From NCBI GenBank assembly GCA_964488935.1, contig CAZAVF010000001.1, positions 753 through 64,752 on the forward strand: a stretch of DNA of 64,000 nucleotides, read 5' to 3'. The notes under the pieces were generated by a model, which had not been told where the DNA came from, did not search any database, and was given only the letters and a program-made list of their open reading frames with translations. This DNA comes from an uncultured Planctomycetales bacterium. Its GTDB lineage: Bacteria > Omnitrophota > Gorgyraeia > Gygaellales > Profunditerraquicolaceae. Of the stretch, positions 1-9,627 are shown in pieces. The translations under genes and the position numbers were made by a program. Positions within the stretch are counted from its first letter, which is position 1; each line of letters begins with the position of its first letter.

Positions 1-1129
1 TTATCTTGTCCATCGCCGCGGCGTAAGAGATACGAACGTATCCCTCGCCGTTATCCCCGAAAGCGGTGCCCGGAACGACGGCGACCTTCTCTTCTTTGAG
101 CAGCCGCCGGCAGAATTCTATGGATGACAATCCGCTCTTCTTCACCGAAGCGAAGGCGTAAAAAGCCCCCTGCGGCAGGGCGCAATCCAGTCCGATGCGG
201 TTCAGCCCGTCGACGATGAAAGAGCGCCTGCGGCGGTATTCCCGTTTCATCTCCTCCATAGAGTCGTGCCCGGTCAGCAATGCCTCACAGGCCGCCATCT
301 GCGACATGATCGGCGCGCAGAGCATCATATATTGATGTATCTTGGTCATCGCCGCGATCACCGGACCGGGGCCGCAGGCATATCCTACGCGCCATCCGGT
401 CATGGCGTAACTCTTGGAGAAGCCGTTCAACAGGAGCGTGTTCTCTTTCGCCCCCGGCAGGGACGCGAATGAAGTGTGCTCGAAGTCGTAAGTGAGATCC
501 GCGTATATTTCGTCGCTGATGCAGATAACCCCGTGCTTCAGCAGCAGCCGGTTCAATTCCCTGAGCTCCCGCGCCGTATAGGAAACCCCGGTCGGATTAC
601 AGGGATAATTCAACAGCAGCGCCTTGGCCGGGAGGCGTAAAGCGGATTCCAGCGCGCGCGGGGTGAGTTTGAAGCCGTCGCGCGAGGTGTCTATACAGAC
701 CGCCGTCCCTCCCGCCAGTTCGGCAAGCGGGGCGTAACATACGTAAGACGGCGCCGGGATAAGTATCCTGTCGCCGGGATTTATGATGGCGCGCAAAGCC
801 AGGTCCACACCCTGGCTCACGCCCACGGTGACCAGGATCTGGCCGTCGTGGGAATAGGACAGCCCGTATCTCTTCTTAAGATACTGCTGCAGCCCCATGC
901 GCAGTTTCACCAGCCCTTTATTCGAGGTGTAGGAAGTGAAGCCGCTCTCCAGCGAATATATGCCGGCTTCCCTGATCTGCCAGGGCGTGACGAAGTCCGG
1001 CTCGCCCACGCCGAGGGAAATGACCTCTTTCATCCCCAGCACAAGGTCGAAAAAAACCCTGATCCCGGAAGGCTGCATCTCTTCCACTTTTTTGGACAAT
1101 TTCCGGCTTACGCCGCTTTTGACCGGCAC
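1..1129 (-). CDS. Class I/II PLP-dependent aminotransferase (aspartate/aromatic aminotransferase family), 3' end runs off window
   Basis: Minus-strand translation gives ...MQPSGIRVFFDL...NGFSKSYAMTGWRVGY... (PLP-lysine motif SKS-AMTGWR). GTG start at 1129 preceded by AGGAG RBS. No stop before position 1. Not in ORF track because it is open-ended. Confidence 0.85.
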   Translation of the reverse strand, partial: MPVKSGVSRKLSKKVEEMQPSGIRVFFDLVLGMKEVISLGVGEPDFVTPWQIREAGIYSLESGFTSYTSNKGLVKLRMGLQQYLKKRYGLSYSHDGQILVTVGVSQGVDLALRAIINPGDRILIPAPSYVCYAPLAELAGGTAVCIDTSRDGFKLTPRALESALRLPAKALLLNYPCNPTGVSYTARELRELNRLLLKHGVICISDEIYADLTYDFEHTSFASLPGAKENTLLLNGFSKSYAMTGWRVGYACGPGPVIAAMTKIHQYMMLCAPIMSQMAACEALLTGHDSMEEMKREYRRRRSFIVDGLNRIGLDCALPQGAFYAFASVKKSGLSSIEFCRRLLKEEKVAVVPGTAFGDNGEGYVRISYAAAMDKI

Positions 1130-1169
1130 GATCGCTCCTTTTTCACGCTCCGTAAGCGTGAATAACGCG

Positions 1170-1661
1170 TTAATACGATATGGGAATACGCTCGTTCTCC
1201 TCTACCTGCTTCAATACCATCCCGTCCTCTTTGTATTTCTTGAGAAGGAAATGCGTGACCACGCCCCTGACGTTCTCCATCGGAGCGAGCTTCTCCGAAA
1301 CGAACTTGGAAACCGTATGCAGGTCCCTTCCCTCGATTATCAGCAGCAGGTCGTAGGTGCCGGAGATCAGGTAACAACTGCCGACCTCCGGGAAAGAATA
1401 GATCCTCTCGGCTATCTTATCGAATCCCAGGTCTTTCTGCGGGGTGATGTTGACCTCTATCAGGGCGCGGACCCCGGAATTCCTGTACTTGACCATTTCC
1501 TTGTTGATCACGGCCTTGTAACTCAGGATGATCCCGTCTTTTTCGTATTTCTTTATGGCCTTGCGCACGGCGTCCGGTTTCCTGCGCAGCATCCTGGAGA
1601 TATCCTCCACCGTAGCCCTGCCGTCTTTCTCAAGTATTTCAAGTATCTCGTCCATGCGCAC
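1170..1661 (-). CDS. Lrp/AsnC family transcriptional regulator
   Basis: N-terminal HTH (LDEIDRKIL-like: MDEILEILEKDGRATVEDISRML) plus C-terminal RAM domain. Sits adjacent to the aminotransferase. Confidence 0.8.
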   Translation of the reverse strand: MRMDEILEILEKDGRATVEDISRMLRRKPDAVRKAIKKYEKDGIILSYKAVINKEMVKYRNSGVRALIEVNITPQKDLGFDKIAERIYSFPEVGSCYLISGTYDLLLIIEGRDLHTVSKFVSEKLAPMENVRGVVTHFLLKKYKEDGMVLKQVEENERIPISY

Positions 1662-1717
1662 CTCTTTTTTAGAATGGTTGTCCGCAGGCGCAAGCCGCCC
1701 GGGATTATACCCTTGAT

Positions 1718-2494
1718 CTAAACATCCCCGCCGTTACGTTTTCCGCCTCCGGAGGGGATAAAAACCGCGGCCGGCGCCCTTTTGTGTTCGGACAATGACC
1801 TCATTTTATTGATACGCGATGCCGCTTTGCGGCCTCGGCCCGCTTTATTCCTTCCGGGGGCATCGGCGAGCAGGGCGTCGATCTCGCCGTAAGTCACTCC
1901 CATTTCCGCCTCGTCCGTCTGTCCAGGCCATAGCCCGGCGCTGGGAGGCTTGTCTATTATACGCTCCGGCACCCCCAGCTCCTCCGCCAGCGACCTCACC
2001 TGGCACTTCAGGAGCCCGCCGAGAGGAAGTATATCGGCGGCGCCGTCCCCGTATTTCGTGAAATAACCCGTCATTATCTCGGAACGGTTGCTGGTCCCGC
2101 ACACCAGGTAATTCAAACGGTTGGCGTAATAATAAAGAACCGACATCCTGAGCCTGGATTTCAGGTTGGCCCCGGCGGTCTTCCTGCGCTTCTCTTCCGC
2201 GGCGGACCCGCAAGGCATGATCATCTTCTTCAGCAAAAGGTCGTATATCCCGGAGACATCCAGCGTCAGCGAAGGCAGCCGGAACCTGGAGACTATCAAT
2301 TCCGCGTCCTCCGCGTCCCGCCGCAGGCTGTGCACCGGAAGTATCAGCGCCAGGACTTTCTTTCTGCCCAGGGCGGAACATAAGAGGGCGGCGGCCGCGG
2401 AAGAATCTATCCCGCCGCTCAAGCCTACCAGCGCACCTTTGGCTCCAGCGCTCTTAATCCGTTCCCGTATCCAGTGTTCGATCTCCGCTCTCAT
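1718..2494 (-). CDS. nadE: NH3-dependent NAD+ synthetase
   Basis: PP-loop SGGIDSS, NadE-like core (YGDGAADI, GLLKCQVR). C-terminal tail extended. Confidence 0.85.
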   Translation of the reverse strand: MRAEIEHWIRERIKSAGAKGALVGLSGGIDSSAAAALLCSALGRKKVLALILPVHSLRRDAEDAELIVSRFRLPSLTLDVSGIYDLLLKKMIMPCGSAAEEKRRKTAGANLKSRLRMSVLYYYANRLNYLVCGTSNRSEIMTGYFTKYGDGAADILPLGGLLKCQVRSLAEELGVPERIIDKPPSAGLWPGQTDEAEMGVTYGEIDALLADAPGRNKAGRGRKAASRINKMRSLSEHKRAPAAVFIPSGGGKRNGGDV

Positions 2495-2535
2495 AGCTTA
2501 TAATCCATATATTATAACATCCGACATTTATCAGG

Positions 2536-3255
2536 TCAATCCCGTATGGCCCGGCCTTGCGGCCCCGCGGCGCCCCTGCAATGCCTGACGCAGATACCGC
2601 AAATGTACTGATCAGCGAGTCTTGCCTTCTGGAATTCCTTCAGTTTCTCGAAACATTTTATATGATCGAACTCAGCCGGTGATTCCTTTATCGCTCCGGC
2701 CGGGCAGAGATCAACGCAGGCGCGGCAGGAACCGCAACCCTCCGCTCCCGGCCCGTCCGCCGGAAGAAGCAGATCCGTGAGCACTGTGGCGAGCCTTACC
2801 CGGCTGCCGAATTCCTTCGTCACCAGCAGGTTGTTCCTGCCTATCCACCCCAAACCGGCGGCTGCGGCCGCGCTCTTATGCGAAAGATGACCGCGCTGTT
2901 TCTCCCAGTCCACGATCTGCGAAGCGGGGACCGGCATGGCCCGGAACCCCTTGCGCTCAAGGTAACGGCAAACACGCAGGGAGAGCTGGTCCAGGAAGAT
3001 GTTGACGCTGCGGTAATGGTGAAAATACAGCTTTGTGGGGTGATGCTCGACTTCTTCCAGCACGGCGGAGGATAAAGAAACCCCGAGGCATACCGCTCTG
3101 GGCAGCCTTGTTTTTAAGGACGGGGGCTCCCCGTATATCTCTTCGCTGCCGGAGATATCCGCCACCCCGAAAAGGTCCGCCCCCAAGAACAACGCGAATT
3201 CCTTCAGTCCCGCGTATTCTTTATCCAAACCGGGCCCCCTTCCTTTTATGTTCAT
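2536..3255 (-). CDS. queG: Epoxyqueuosine reductase (QueG-like, short form), 4Fe-4S
   Basis: AGLGWIGRNNLL, TVLTDLLLP, CGSCRACVDLCPAGAI motifs typical of QueG. Overlaps mnmG 3' end by about 35 nt. Confidence 0.65.
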   Translation of the reverse strand: MNIKGRGPGLDKEYAGLKEFALFLGADLFGVADISGSEEIYGEPPSLKTRLPRAVCLGVSLSSAVLEEVEHHPTKLYFHHYRSVNIFLDQLSLRVCRYLERKGFRAMPVPASQIVDWEKQRGHLSHKSAAAAAGLGWIGRNNLLVTKEFGSRVRLATVLTDLLLPADGPGAEGCGSCRACVDLCPAGAIKESPAEFDHIKCFEKLKEFQKARLADQYICGICVRHCRGAAGPQGRAIRD

Positions 3256-5146
3256 GTTCCCCTTCCGTTCTCCCGCCCTCTGCAGGACTAAGTTTCCTCA
3301 GATAGATCATGATCAGGGATATCGCGGCCGGGGTGACCCCCGATATCCGGGAAGCCTGGCCGAGATTGACCGGCCTTAGAAAACCGAGTTTCTCGCTGAT
3401 CTCCCTGGATATCCCGCAGATAAGACGATAATCGATACCGCCGGGAAGTTTTATCTTCTCAAGATTACGGAAACGCTGGACCTCGGCTTCCTGTCTCTTT
3501 ATGAATCCCGCGTACTTGATCTCGGTCTCGATAAGCCGGCGCGCCGAATGCGCAACGGCGGAAATGTCCACCCCCATTTCTTCCAAGAGCCGTAAATCCA
3601 CTCCCGGCCTTCTCAACAGGTCCTCCGCCGATACGCTTTTTTCCAGCGGCCCCAGCCCTTTTTCCCGGAACAGTGCGCGGTTGCCGGCGGAAGGATTGAT
3701 GCGCAGGCGGCGCAGTATCCCGGGGGCCGAAGACAGGGCATCCGCCCGCTCTTTCGCGCGCATAAAAGAGGACTCCGGCACCAGCCCGAGCCTGTGACCT
3801 TCGGCCGATAATCTTATATCGGCATTATCCTCTCTCAGTATCAGTCTGTATTCCACGCGCGAGGTGAACATACGGTACGGCTCCGGCGTTCCTTTGGTAA
3901 CAAGGTCGTCTACAAGCACGCCTATATAACTGCCGGCCCGGTCCAGTATGAAAGGACCCTCCCCCGCGGCTTTCAAGGCGGCGTTTATGCCGGCAAGTAT
4001 CCCCTGGCCCGCCGCCTCCTCGTAACCGGTGGTGCCGTTTATCTGCCCGGCCAGGAAAAGTCCGGGGACGTCTTTCGCCTCAAGCGATGGATAGAGCTGC
4101 GTCGGGTCCACCACGGTATGCTCTATGCCGTAACCGGGCCTGATGATCTCCGCCTTTTCCAGCCCTTTGACGGAATGCAGCATTAGCAGCTGCACGTCCT
4201 CCGGCAGGCTGGTGGAAAGCCCGTTCGGGTAGATCTCTTCGCTGTCCATCCCTTCCGGCTCAAGGAAGACCTGATGGCGCTCCTTGGATGCGAACTTCAC
4301 TATCTTATCCTCGATGGAGGGACAATATCTTACCCCCGCGGCGTGTATGCGGCCGGTATAAAGAGGGGAACGGTCAAGGTTCTCCCTGATGACCCTGTGC
4401 GTATCCCGGTTTGTATACGTGATATAACAGGGGACCTGCCTGCGTTGTAGCGGGGAGGAAGCAAAAGAGAACGGCCTGGGTACGGCATCCCCTTCCTGAG
4501 CGGTCAAAGAGGAATAATCTATGCTGGAACGCCTGATCCTCGGGCAGGTCCCGGTCTTGAAACGCAGCGTCTTGAGCCCCGCAGAACGCAGAGAAGCGGT
4601 CAAGTCCGCCGAAGCCGGCTCGTTTATGCGTCCGCCGGGAAAACTGCGCAGACCTATATGTATGGTACCTTCGGTGAACGTTCCCGGGCAGAGGACCACG
4701 GCCCCGGCGGTGATCTCCGCGCCGGAGGCGGTGCGGACGCCGCGGCACCCCCCGGGAACAAGCAGAAGCCCGGACGCTTCGCCCGCCTTCACCTCGAGCC
4801 CTTCCTGCATCTTCACGGCGGAACACATATACCCGCGGTATTTTTCCTTGTCGATCTGGGCGCGGGACGACTGAACCGCCGGACCTTTCGACGCGTTGAG
4901 CACGCGGAATTGTATGCCGCAGGCGTCCGCCGCTTTTCCCATTTCCCCGCCGAGCGCGTCGACCTCCCTGACCAGTTGGCCTTTCCCGACGCCGCCGATG
5001 GCAGGATTACAGCTCATCAACCCGATATTGCCCGGGTCCAAAGTCAGCATAAGACACCTGCGTCCCATGCGGGCAGCCGCCAGGGCGGCCTCGATACCGG
5101 CATGACCGGCGCCTACGACTATGACATCATAATCATTCTTCATATT
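3221..5146 (-). CDS. mnmG: tRNA uridine 5-carboxymethylaminomethyl modification enzyme MnmG/GidA
   Basis: YDVIVVGAGHAGIEAA FAD motif, full-length MnmG homology. Track ORF starts 17 codons upstream (5197). Start re-set to MKNDYDV. Confidence 0.9.
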   Translation of the reverse strand, partial: NMKNDYDVIVVGAGHAGIEAALAAARMGRRCLMLTLDPGNIGLMSCNPAIGGVGKGQLVREVDALGGEMGKAADACGIQFRVLNASKGPAVQSSRAQIDKEKYRGYMCSAVKMQEGLEVKAGEASGLLLVPGGCRGVRTASGAEITAGAVVLCPGTFTEGTIHIGLRSFPGGRINEPASADLTASLRSAGLKTLRFKTGTCPRIRRSSIDYSSLTAQEGDAVPRPFSFASSPLQRRQVPCYITYTNRDTHRVIRENLDRSPLYTGRIHAAGVRYCPSIEDKIVKFASKERHQVFLEPEGMDSEEIYPNGLSTSLPEDVQLLMLHSVKGLEKAEIIRPGYGIEHTVVDPTQLYPSLEAKDVPGLFLAGQINGTTGYEEAAGQGILAGINAALKAAGEGPFILDRAGSYIGVLVDDLVTKGTPEPYRMFTSRVEYRLILREDNADIRLSAEGHRLGLVPESSFMRAKERADALSSAPGILRRLRINPSAGNRALFREKGLGPLEKSVSAEDLLRRPGVDLRLLEEMGVDISAVAHSARRLIETEIKYAGFIKRQEAEVQRFRNLEKIKLPGGIDYRLICGISREISEKLGFLRPVNLGQASRISGVTPAAISLIMIYLRKLSPAEGGRTEGEHEHKRKGARFG

Positions 5147-5275
5147 TTTGTGACGGCGTTGGAAAAACCGGCGTAATGACCTGCCCCGCGCTTGCAAGCA
5201 ATAATGCCGTGGACGGCTTGAATACGGCTGTCCACGGCATCAGAAAATCGGCTTACGGTCGGACCGGCCTGCTTT

Positions 5276-7588
5276 TCAACACTTGGAAAAACCGCAGGCC
5301 TGGCATTTCATGCACCCCTCTTCGTGCCAGAGCGCGCCGCCGCAGTCCGGGCAGACGCCCACGATCTCGCCGCGGGGCTTGTCGTTCACCCGGACGTCGT
5401 CTTCACACGAATGCTTCAGGAAGGATTCGGTCTCGCCCGCCGGCACCGCCGAACCTACGGCCTCGGCCGTGAGACGCTTCTCCACTACCCGGGCGATGGC
5501 GTCTGCGCAGGAAAATATCCTCTGTCCCTTTTCCCAGGAAGGACTGGGACAGCGGATATTTCTCAGTTGTTCTATGATGGCTTTGACCTCTATGCCGGAA
5601 CGGAAAGCCAGGGAGACCAGCCTGCCGACCGCCTCCAACTGCGAGGAAGCGCACCCGCCCGCCTTACCCATCTGGGTGAACAGCTCGAACGGCCTGCCGT
5701 CCTGATCGATATTGATCGTCACGTAAAGATTCCCGCATCCGGTGGCCAGTTTCGTGGTGGTCCCCTGGATGACCTCCGGCCTGGGACGCGGCGCTATCCC
5801 TTCCCCTTCACAGGGCTGATCGGCCTTTATTTCGCGGCCGGCCTTGCCGCCTTCCCTGCTCCCAACGTTCAAAACCTGTTCCTCCCTGCTGCCGTCCCGG
5901 TAGATCGTGATGCCCTTACAGCCCAGTTCGAAAGCCAGCAGATAGGACTTGCGCACCGATTCCACGTCGGCCTCGTGCGGGAAATTTATTGTCTTCGAGG
6001 TGGCGTTATGCACGTACTTCTGGAATGCCGCCTGCATACGCACGTGCCATTCCGGTGATATATCGTGCGCGGTGACGAATGTCCTCTTGACGTCCCCGGG
6101 GATACCCTTGACGTCCCGCAGGGAAGAATGCGCGGCTACTTCCTCCATGAGCTCTTTGCTGTAGAAACCGCGTTCCCGCGCCGTCTCCTCGAAGATCGGG
6201 TCCACTTCGAAAAGCTTGTCGTTGTCCATCACGTTCCTGTAATAGGCCACGGCGAACATCGGCTCTATGCCGGAAGAACATGGCCCGGCGATTATGCTGA
6301 TGGTCCCTGTAGGCGCGATGGTCGTCAATGTGGCGTTGCGCAGTCTCCTGCCGTTCTTTCCGGTCGAGTCGTAGATACTGCCTTTGAAAAACGGGAATAC
6401 GCCTTTTGAGGCCGACAGCTCCTGCGACTTGGACAGCGATTCATCGAGGATGAAAGACATCACCTTTTCCGCCAGGTCCACGGCCTCCTGCGAATCGTAC
6501 GCCAGGCCCAGCCGCACCAGCAGCGTGGCCCACCCCATCACGCCGAGACCGACTTTACGCGTATGTTTGGTGGCCTTCTCGATCTCGGGAAGAGGAAAAC
6601 GGTTCACGTCTATAAGGTTATCCAGGAAATGCACCCCCAGCCTGACGGTGCTCTTGAGACGCTCCCAGTCCACTTCAAGCGCCCCGGAAGCAGACTTGCG
6701 GAACATGACGGCGAGGTTGATCGACCCCAGGTCGCAGCTTTCATAGGGCAGGAGCGGCTGTTCTCCGCAAGGATTGGTGCTTTCCATCATGCCGAGATTA
6801 GGGGTGGGGTTATGCTGATTTATGCGGTCTATGAAGATTATTCCGGGTTCCCCGTTCTTATGCGCCTGCTTGACTATCAGGTCGAACACTTCCCGGGCAT
6901 TGACGCTGGATACGGTTTTCTTGGTATACGGGTCTATGAGGTCGTAATTCTCTCCGCTCTCCACCTTCTTCATGAACTCGTCGGTGATCGCAACCGATAT
7001 GTTGAAATTGTTTATCTCTTTGTTGTTCTCCTTGCAGCAGATGAATTCCAGGATATCGGGATGGTCGACCCTGAGGATCCCCATGTTGGCGCCGCGCCTG
7101 GTCCCGCCCTGTTTGACGGCCTCGGTGGCGGCGTCGTATACCCTCATAAAGGAGACCGGACCGGAAGCGACCCCGCCTGTGGTCTTTACCACGGCGTTCT
7201 TGGGGCGCAGGCGGGAAAAAGAGAACCCCGTCCCGCCTCCTGATTTGTGGATTATGGCGGTGGCCTTGAGGGTCTCGAAGATCGACTCCATGGAATCCTC
7301 TATAGGCAGGGTGAAACAGGCGCTTAACTGCCCCAGTTCCCTGCCTGCGTTCATCAGGCACGGCGAGTTGGGCAGGAATTCCAGGGAGGTCATCATGTTG
7401 TAGAAAGAATTCTCCAGCGCCGTTATGTCTTTATCGGTTTTACCGTACGCCTTTTCCGCGGAAGCGATGGCGCGCGCCACGCGCCTGAACAACTCTTCCG
7501 GGGTCTCCACGACCTTTCCTTCGGTATCTTTCTTGAGATAACGCCTTTCCAGGACCCTGAGAGAATTCTCCGACAACTGAAACGCCAT
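5276..7588 (-). CDS. nrdJ: Class II (adenosylcobalamin-dependent) ribonucleotide reductase NrdJ
   Basis: NPCGEQPLLPYESCDLGSINL active-site region, C-terminal Zn-ribbon CPDCGG...CMKCQACG. ATG at about 7588 preceded by GGAGGTG. Track ORF extends to 7636. Confidence 0.85.
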   Translation of the reverse strand: MAFQLSENSLRVLERRYLKKDTEGKVVETPEELFRRVARAIASAEKAYGKTDKDITALENSFYNMMTSLEFLPNSPCLMNAGRELGQLSACFTLPIEDSMESIFETLKATAIIHKSGGGTGFSFSRLRPKNAVVKTTGGVASGPVSFMRVYDAATEAVKQGGTRRGANMGILRVDHPDILEFICCKENNKEINNFNISVAITDEFMKKVESGENYDLIDPYTKKTVSSVNAREVFDLIVKQAHKNGEPGIIFIDRINQHNPTPNLGMMESTNPCGEQPLLPYESCDLGSINLAVMFRKSASGALEVDWERLKSTVRLGVHFLDNLIDVNRFPLPEIEKATKHTRKVGLGVMGWATLLVRLGLAYDSQEAVDLAEKVMSFILDESLSKSQELSASKGVFPFFKGSIYDSTGKNGRRLRNATLTTIAPTGTISIIAGPCSSGIEPMFAVAYYRNVMDNDKLFEVDPIFEETARERGFYSKELMEEVAAHSSLRDVKGIPGDVKRTFVTAHDISPEWHVRMQAAFQKYVHNATSKTINFPHEADVESVRKSYLLAFELGCKGITIYRDGSREEQVLNVGSREGGKAGREIKADQPCEGEGIAPRPRPEVIQGTTTKLATGCGNLYVTINIDQDGRPFELFTQMGKAGGCASSQLEAVGRLVSLAFRSGIEVKAIIEQLRNIRCPSPSWEKGQRIFSCADAIARVVEKRLTAEAVGSAVPAGETESFLKHSCEDDVRVNDKPRGEIVGVCPDCGGALWHEEGCMKCQACGFSKC

Positions 7589-7755
7589 TTCCACACCTCC
7601 CATTATTCTGTTCCTGACCGGCCGTCCAGACTCCAAACGGCGTTATGGACCCGACCCCCGAGACAAACGCTGACTGAGGGTATCACTATAACACCGCAGC
7701 AAAAGCGTGTCAATAAAATACTACATATTGTATGTATCATATCGGAGGATACAAT

Positions 7756-8790
7756 CTATTGTAACTGAGCGGGCAGGGGCCGGCAGGACTCTCTGATGAT
7801 CAATTCCGTCGGCAGGAATATCTTCTTGGCGGGCACGGGCTCGCGGCTGCGCATAAGATTGTTAAGCTCTTTTATGCTCTCCTGCGCCATTTCTATCAAC
7901 GGCTGTTTTATGGTGGTCAGGGAAACCGGGCCGTACAGTCCCGAAGGGTTGTCGTCGAACCCGACAATCGAGAGATCCTCCGGGATCTTACCGCCTCTCT
8001 CTCTGACCACGGCCATCACCTCCAGGGCCATGGAATCGGACGCCACGAACACCGCGGTCACCGGTTCGGCCAGCGCCATGAGTTTCTCGGCGGCTTCCCT
8101 CGCCCGGCCCCGGGAATAATCGGTCTGAAAGACATAATCCTCGTTCAAAGGCAGGCCGTTCTTGCGCAGCGCGTCTTTATATCCGTTATAGCGCAGCAGC
8201 GCGGCCTGGGTGGCGAGGTCTCCGGTTATATGGGCTATTCTGCGGTGCCCCATGTTTATCAGGTAATCCACCGCTTTCTCCGCCCCTCCCTCGTTGTCCA
8301 CTGCGATACAGTTGACGTCCAAGTCGTCTATATAGTTATTTATCACCACCACCGGCAGTTTGCTGCCGAGCGCCTCCTCCAGCTGCCTGCTGTTGCCGAT
8401 GATATCGGCGAAGATAAAACCGCCCACGCCCTTTATGCTCAAAGGCGTGCTTCCGGACGTCAAATGCAGCAGCAGGTCGAGTTTGAAAGCCTCGCAAAGC
8501 GTCCCGATCCCGCGGATCAATTCCAGGGCGTAAAAAGAGTAGAATATCCCTTCATAGCGGGGTATCACCAGGGCGACGACGTTGCTGTGCCCGGTGGCAA
8601 GACGCTGTGCCAGCACGGAGGGCTGAAAATCGAGTTCCTTGACTGCTCTCAGTACCTTCTGGCGGTTATCTTCCCTGACTGTGGGGATCTTGTTTATAAC
8701 GCGGGAGACGGTGGTAATGGATACGCCGCATCGCCTGGCCACATCCTTGATGGAAATAGTCTGAGATGATTTATTGCCGGACCGCACCAT
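7756..8790 (-). CDS. LacI family transcriptional regulator
   Basis: N-terminal HTH IKDVARRCGVSITTVSRVIN plus periplasmic-binding-like sugar-binding domain. Confidence 0.85.
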   Translation of the reverse strand: MVRSGNKSSQTISIKDVARRCGVSITTVSRVINKIPTVREDNRQKVLRAVKELDFQPSVLAQRLATGHSNVVALVIPRYEGIFYSFYALELIRGIGTLCEAFKLDLLLHLTSGSTPLSIKGVGGFIFADIIGNSRQLEEALGSKLPVVVINNYIDDLDVNCIAVDNEGGAEKAVDYLINMGHRRIAHITGDLATQAALLRYNGYKDALRKNGLPLNEDYVFQTDYSRGRAREAAEKLMALAEPVTAVFVASDSMALEVMAVVRERGGKIPEDLSIVGFDDNPSGLYGPVSLTTIKQPLIEMAQESIKELNNLMRSREPVPAKKIFLPTELIIRESCRPLPAQLQ

Positions 8791-8812
8791 AACTATAGAC
8801 GGATAAAGCTTC

Positions 8813-9619
8813 TTATTGGGCTATCTGGTCGCCGATCTTCAGAGGGATGGCCTGGCTGATGATGTCGCAGGCGGCCACGGAATTTCTGGTCTGCATGACC
8901 TTAAGGGTGGCGATGCTGTTGCGCCCCCTGCGCACGGTAAAGGAATCTCCGGCCCTTATCCCGGAATTGGCCCCCAGGTTTATGACAACGAAATTATTCT
9001 CTTTATTGACCGATACCACTTTCCCGATGCGGGGAGCCGTCTCGTCAATATACTTTTGCGACTGAGGGGAGACCGAGATCGGGGGCAGTTCCACTGAATT
9101 CCCGTCGGATGAAGGGGCGGGGGGAACGACGGCGCTGAGCCTGGCGAAATGCAGTTGTTTCTTCAGCTTTTCTATCTTCGTCAGGCTGTCCTTGAGCACT
9201 ATCTCCAGCTCGGAATTCTTGTTCTTCAGCCGGTCGTTCTCGTTCTGCGACTCGCCCAGCCGGCCTTCGAAATAAGTGCGCATTTTCACTTCGCGCTCCA
9301 GGTTCTCGTTGGCCTGCTGAAGCTGGCGGGTAAGACTGTCCCTGGCCTCCATCAGCATCTTGCATTGCTGGTTCAGCTCATCTTTCTCGCGGGAAAGCTG
9401 GTCGTTGGCGGCGCCGAGCTCCTTGACGCGGTCCTGCAGCTTCTTCCGCTCGGCTACACCCTCCTCTATCTTCTTGTTCAGCGCCGCGATCTCCTGCTTG
9501 AGCGAGTCTCTTTCCATCTCAAGGGATCTCTTTATGCCGAGGAGCCTGAGATTTACGAAAAAGCTGACCGCCAGGATCACGCTTACCGCTATAACTACTA
9601 TCTTGAGTTTTCCTTCCAA
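8813..9619 (-). CDS. Membrane-anchored coiled-coil protein with C-terminal beta-domain (hypothetical)
   Basis: Single N-terminal TM, about 130 aa of heptad-rich coiled coil (LKQEIAALNKKIEEG...), C-terminal KVVSVNKENNFVVINLGANSGIRAGDSF. TTG start with AGGAGG RBS. Confidence 0.5.
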   Translation of the reverse strand: MEGKLKIVVIAVSVILAVSFFVNLRLLGIKRSLEMERDSLKQEIAALNKKIEEGVAERKKLQDRVKELGAANDQLSREKDELNQQCKMLMEARDSLTRQLQQANENLEREVKMRTYFEGRLGESQNENDRLKNKNSELEIVLKDSLTKIEKLKKQLHFARLSAVVPPAPSSDGNSVELPPISVSPQSQKYIDETAPRIGKVVSVNKENNFVVINLGANSGIRAGDSFTVRRGRNSIATLKVMQTRNSVAACDIISQAIPLKIGDQIAQ

Positions 9620-9627
9620 TCCGCCTC

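Noticed and set aside
936-1721. 261-aa plus-strand ORF spanning aminotransferase/Lrp region
   Set aside because: Opposite the aminotransferase (SKSYAMTGWR motif) and Lrp regulator. No homology, no RBS.
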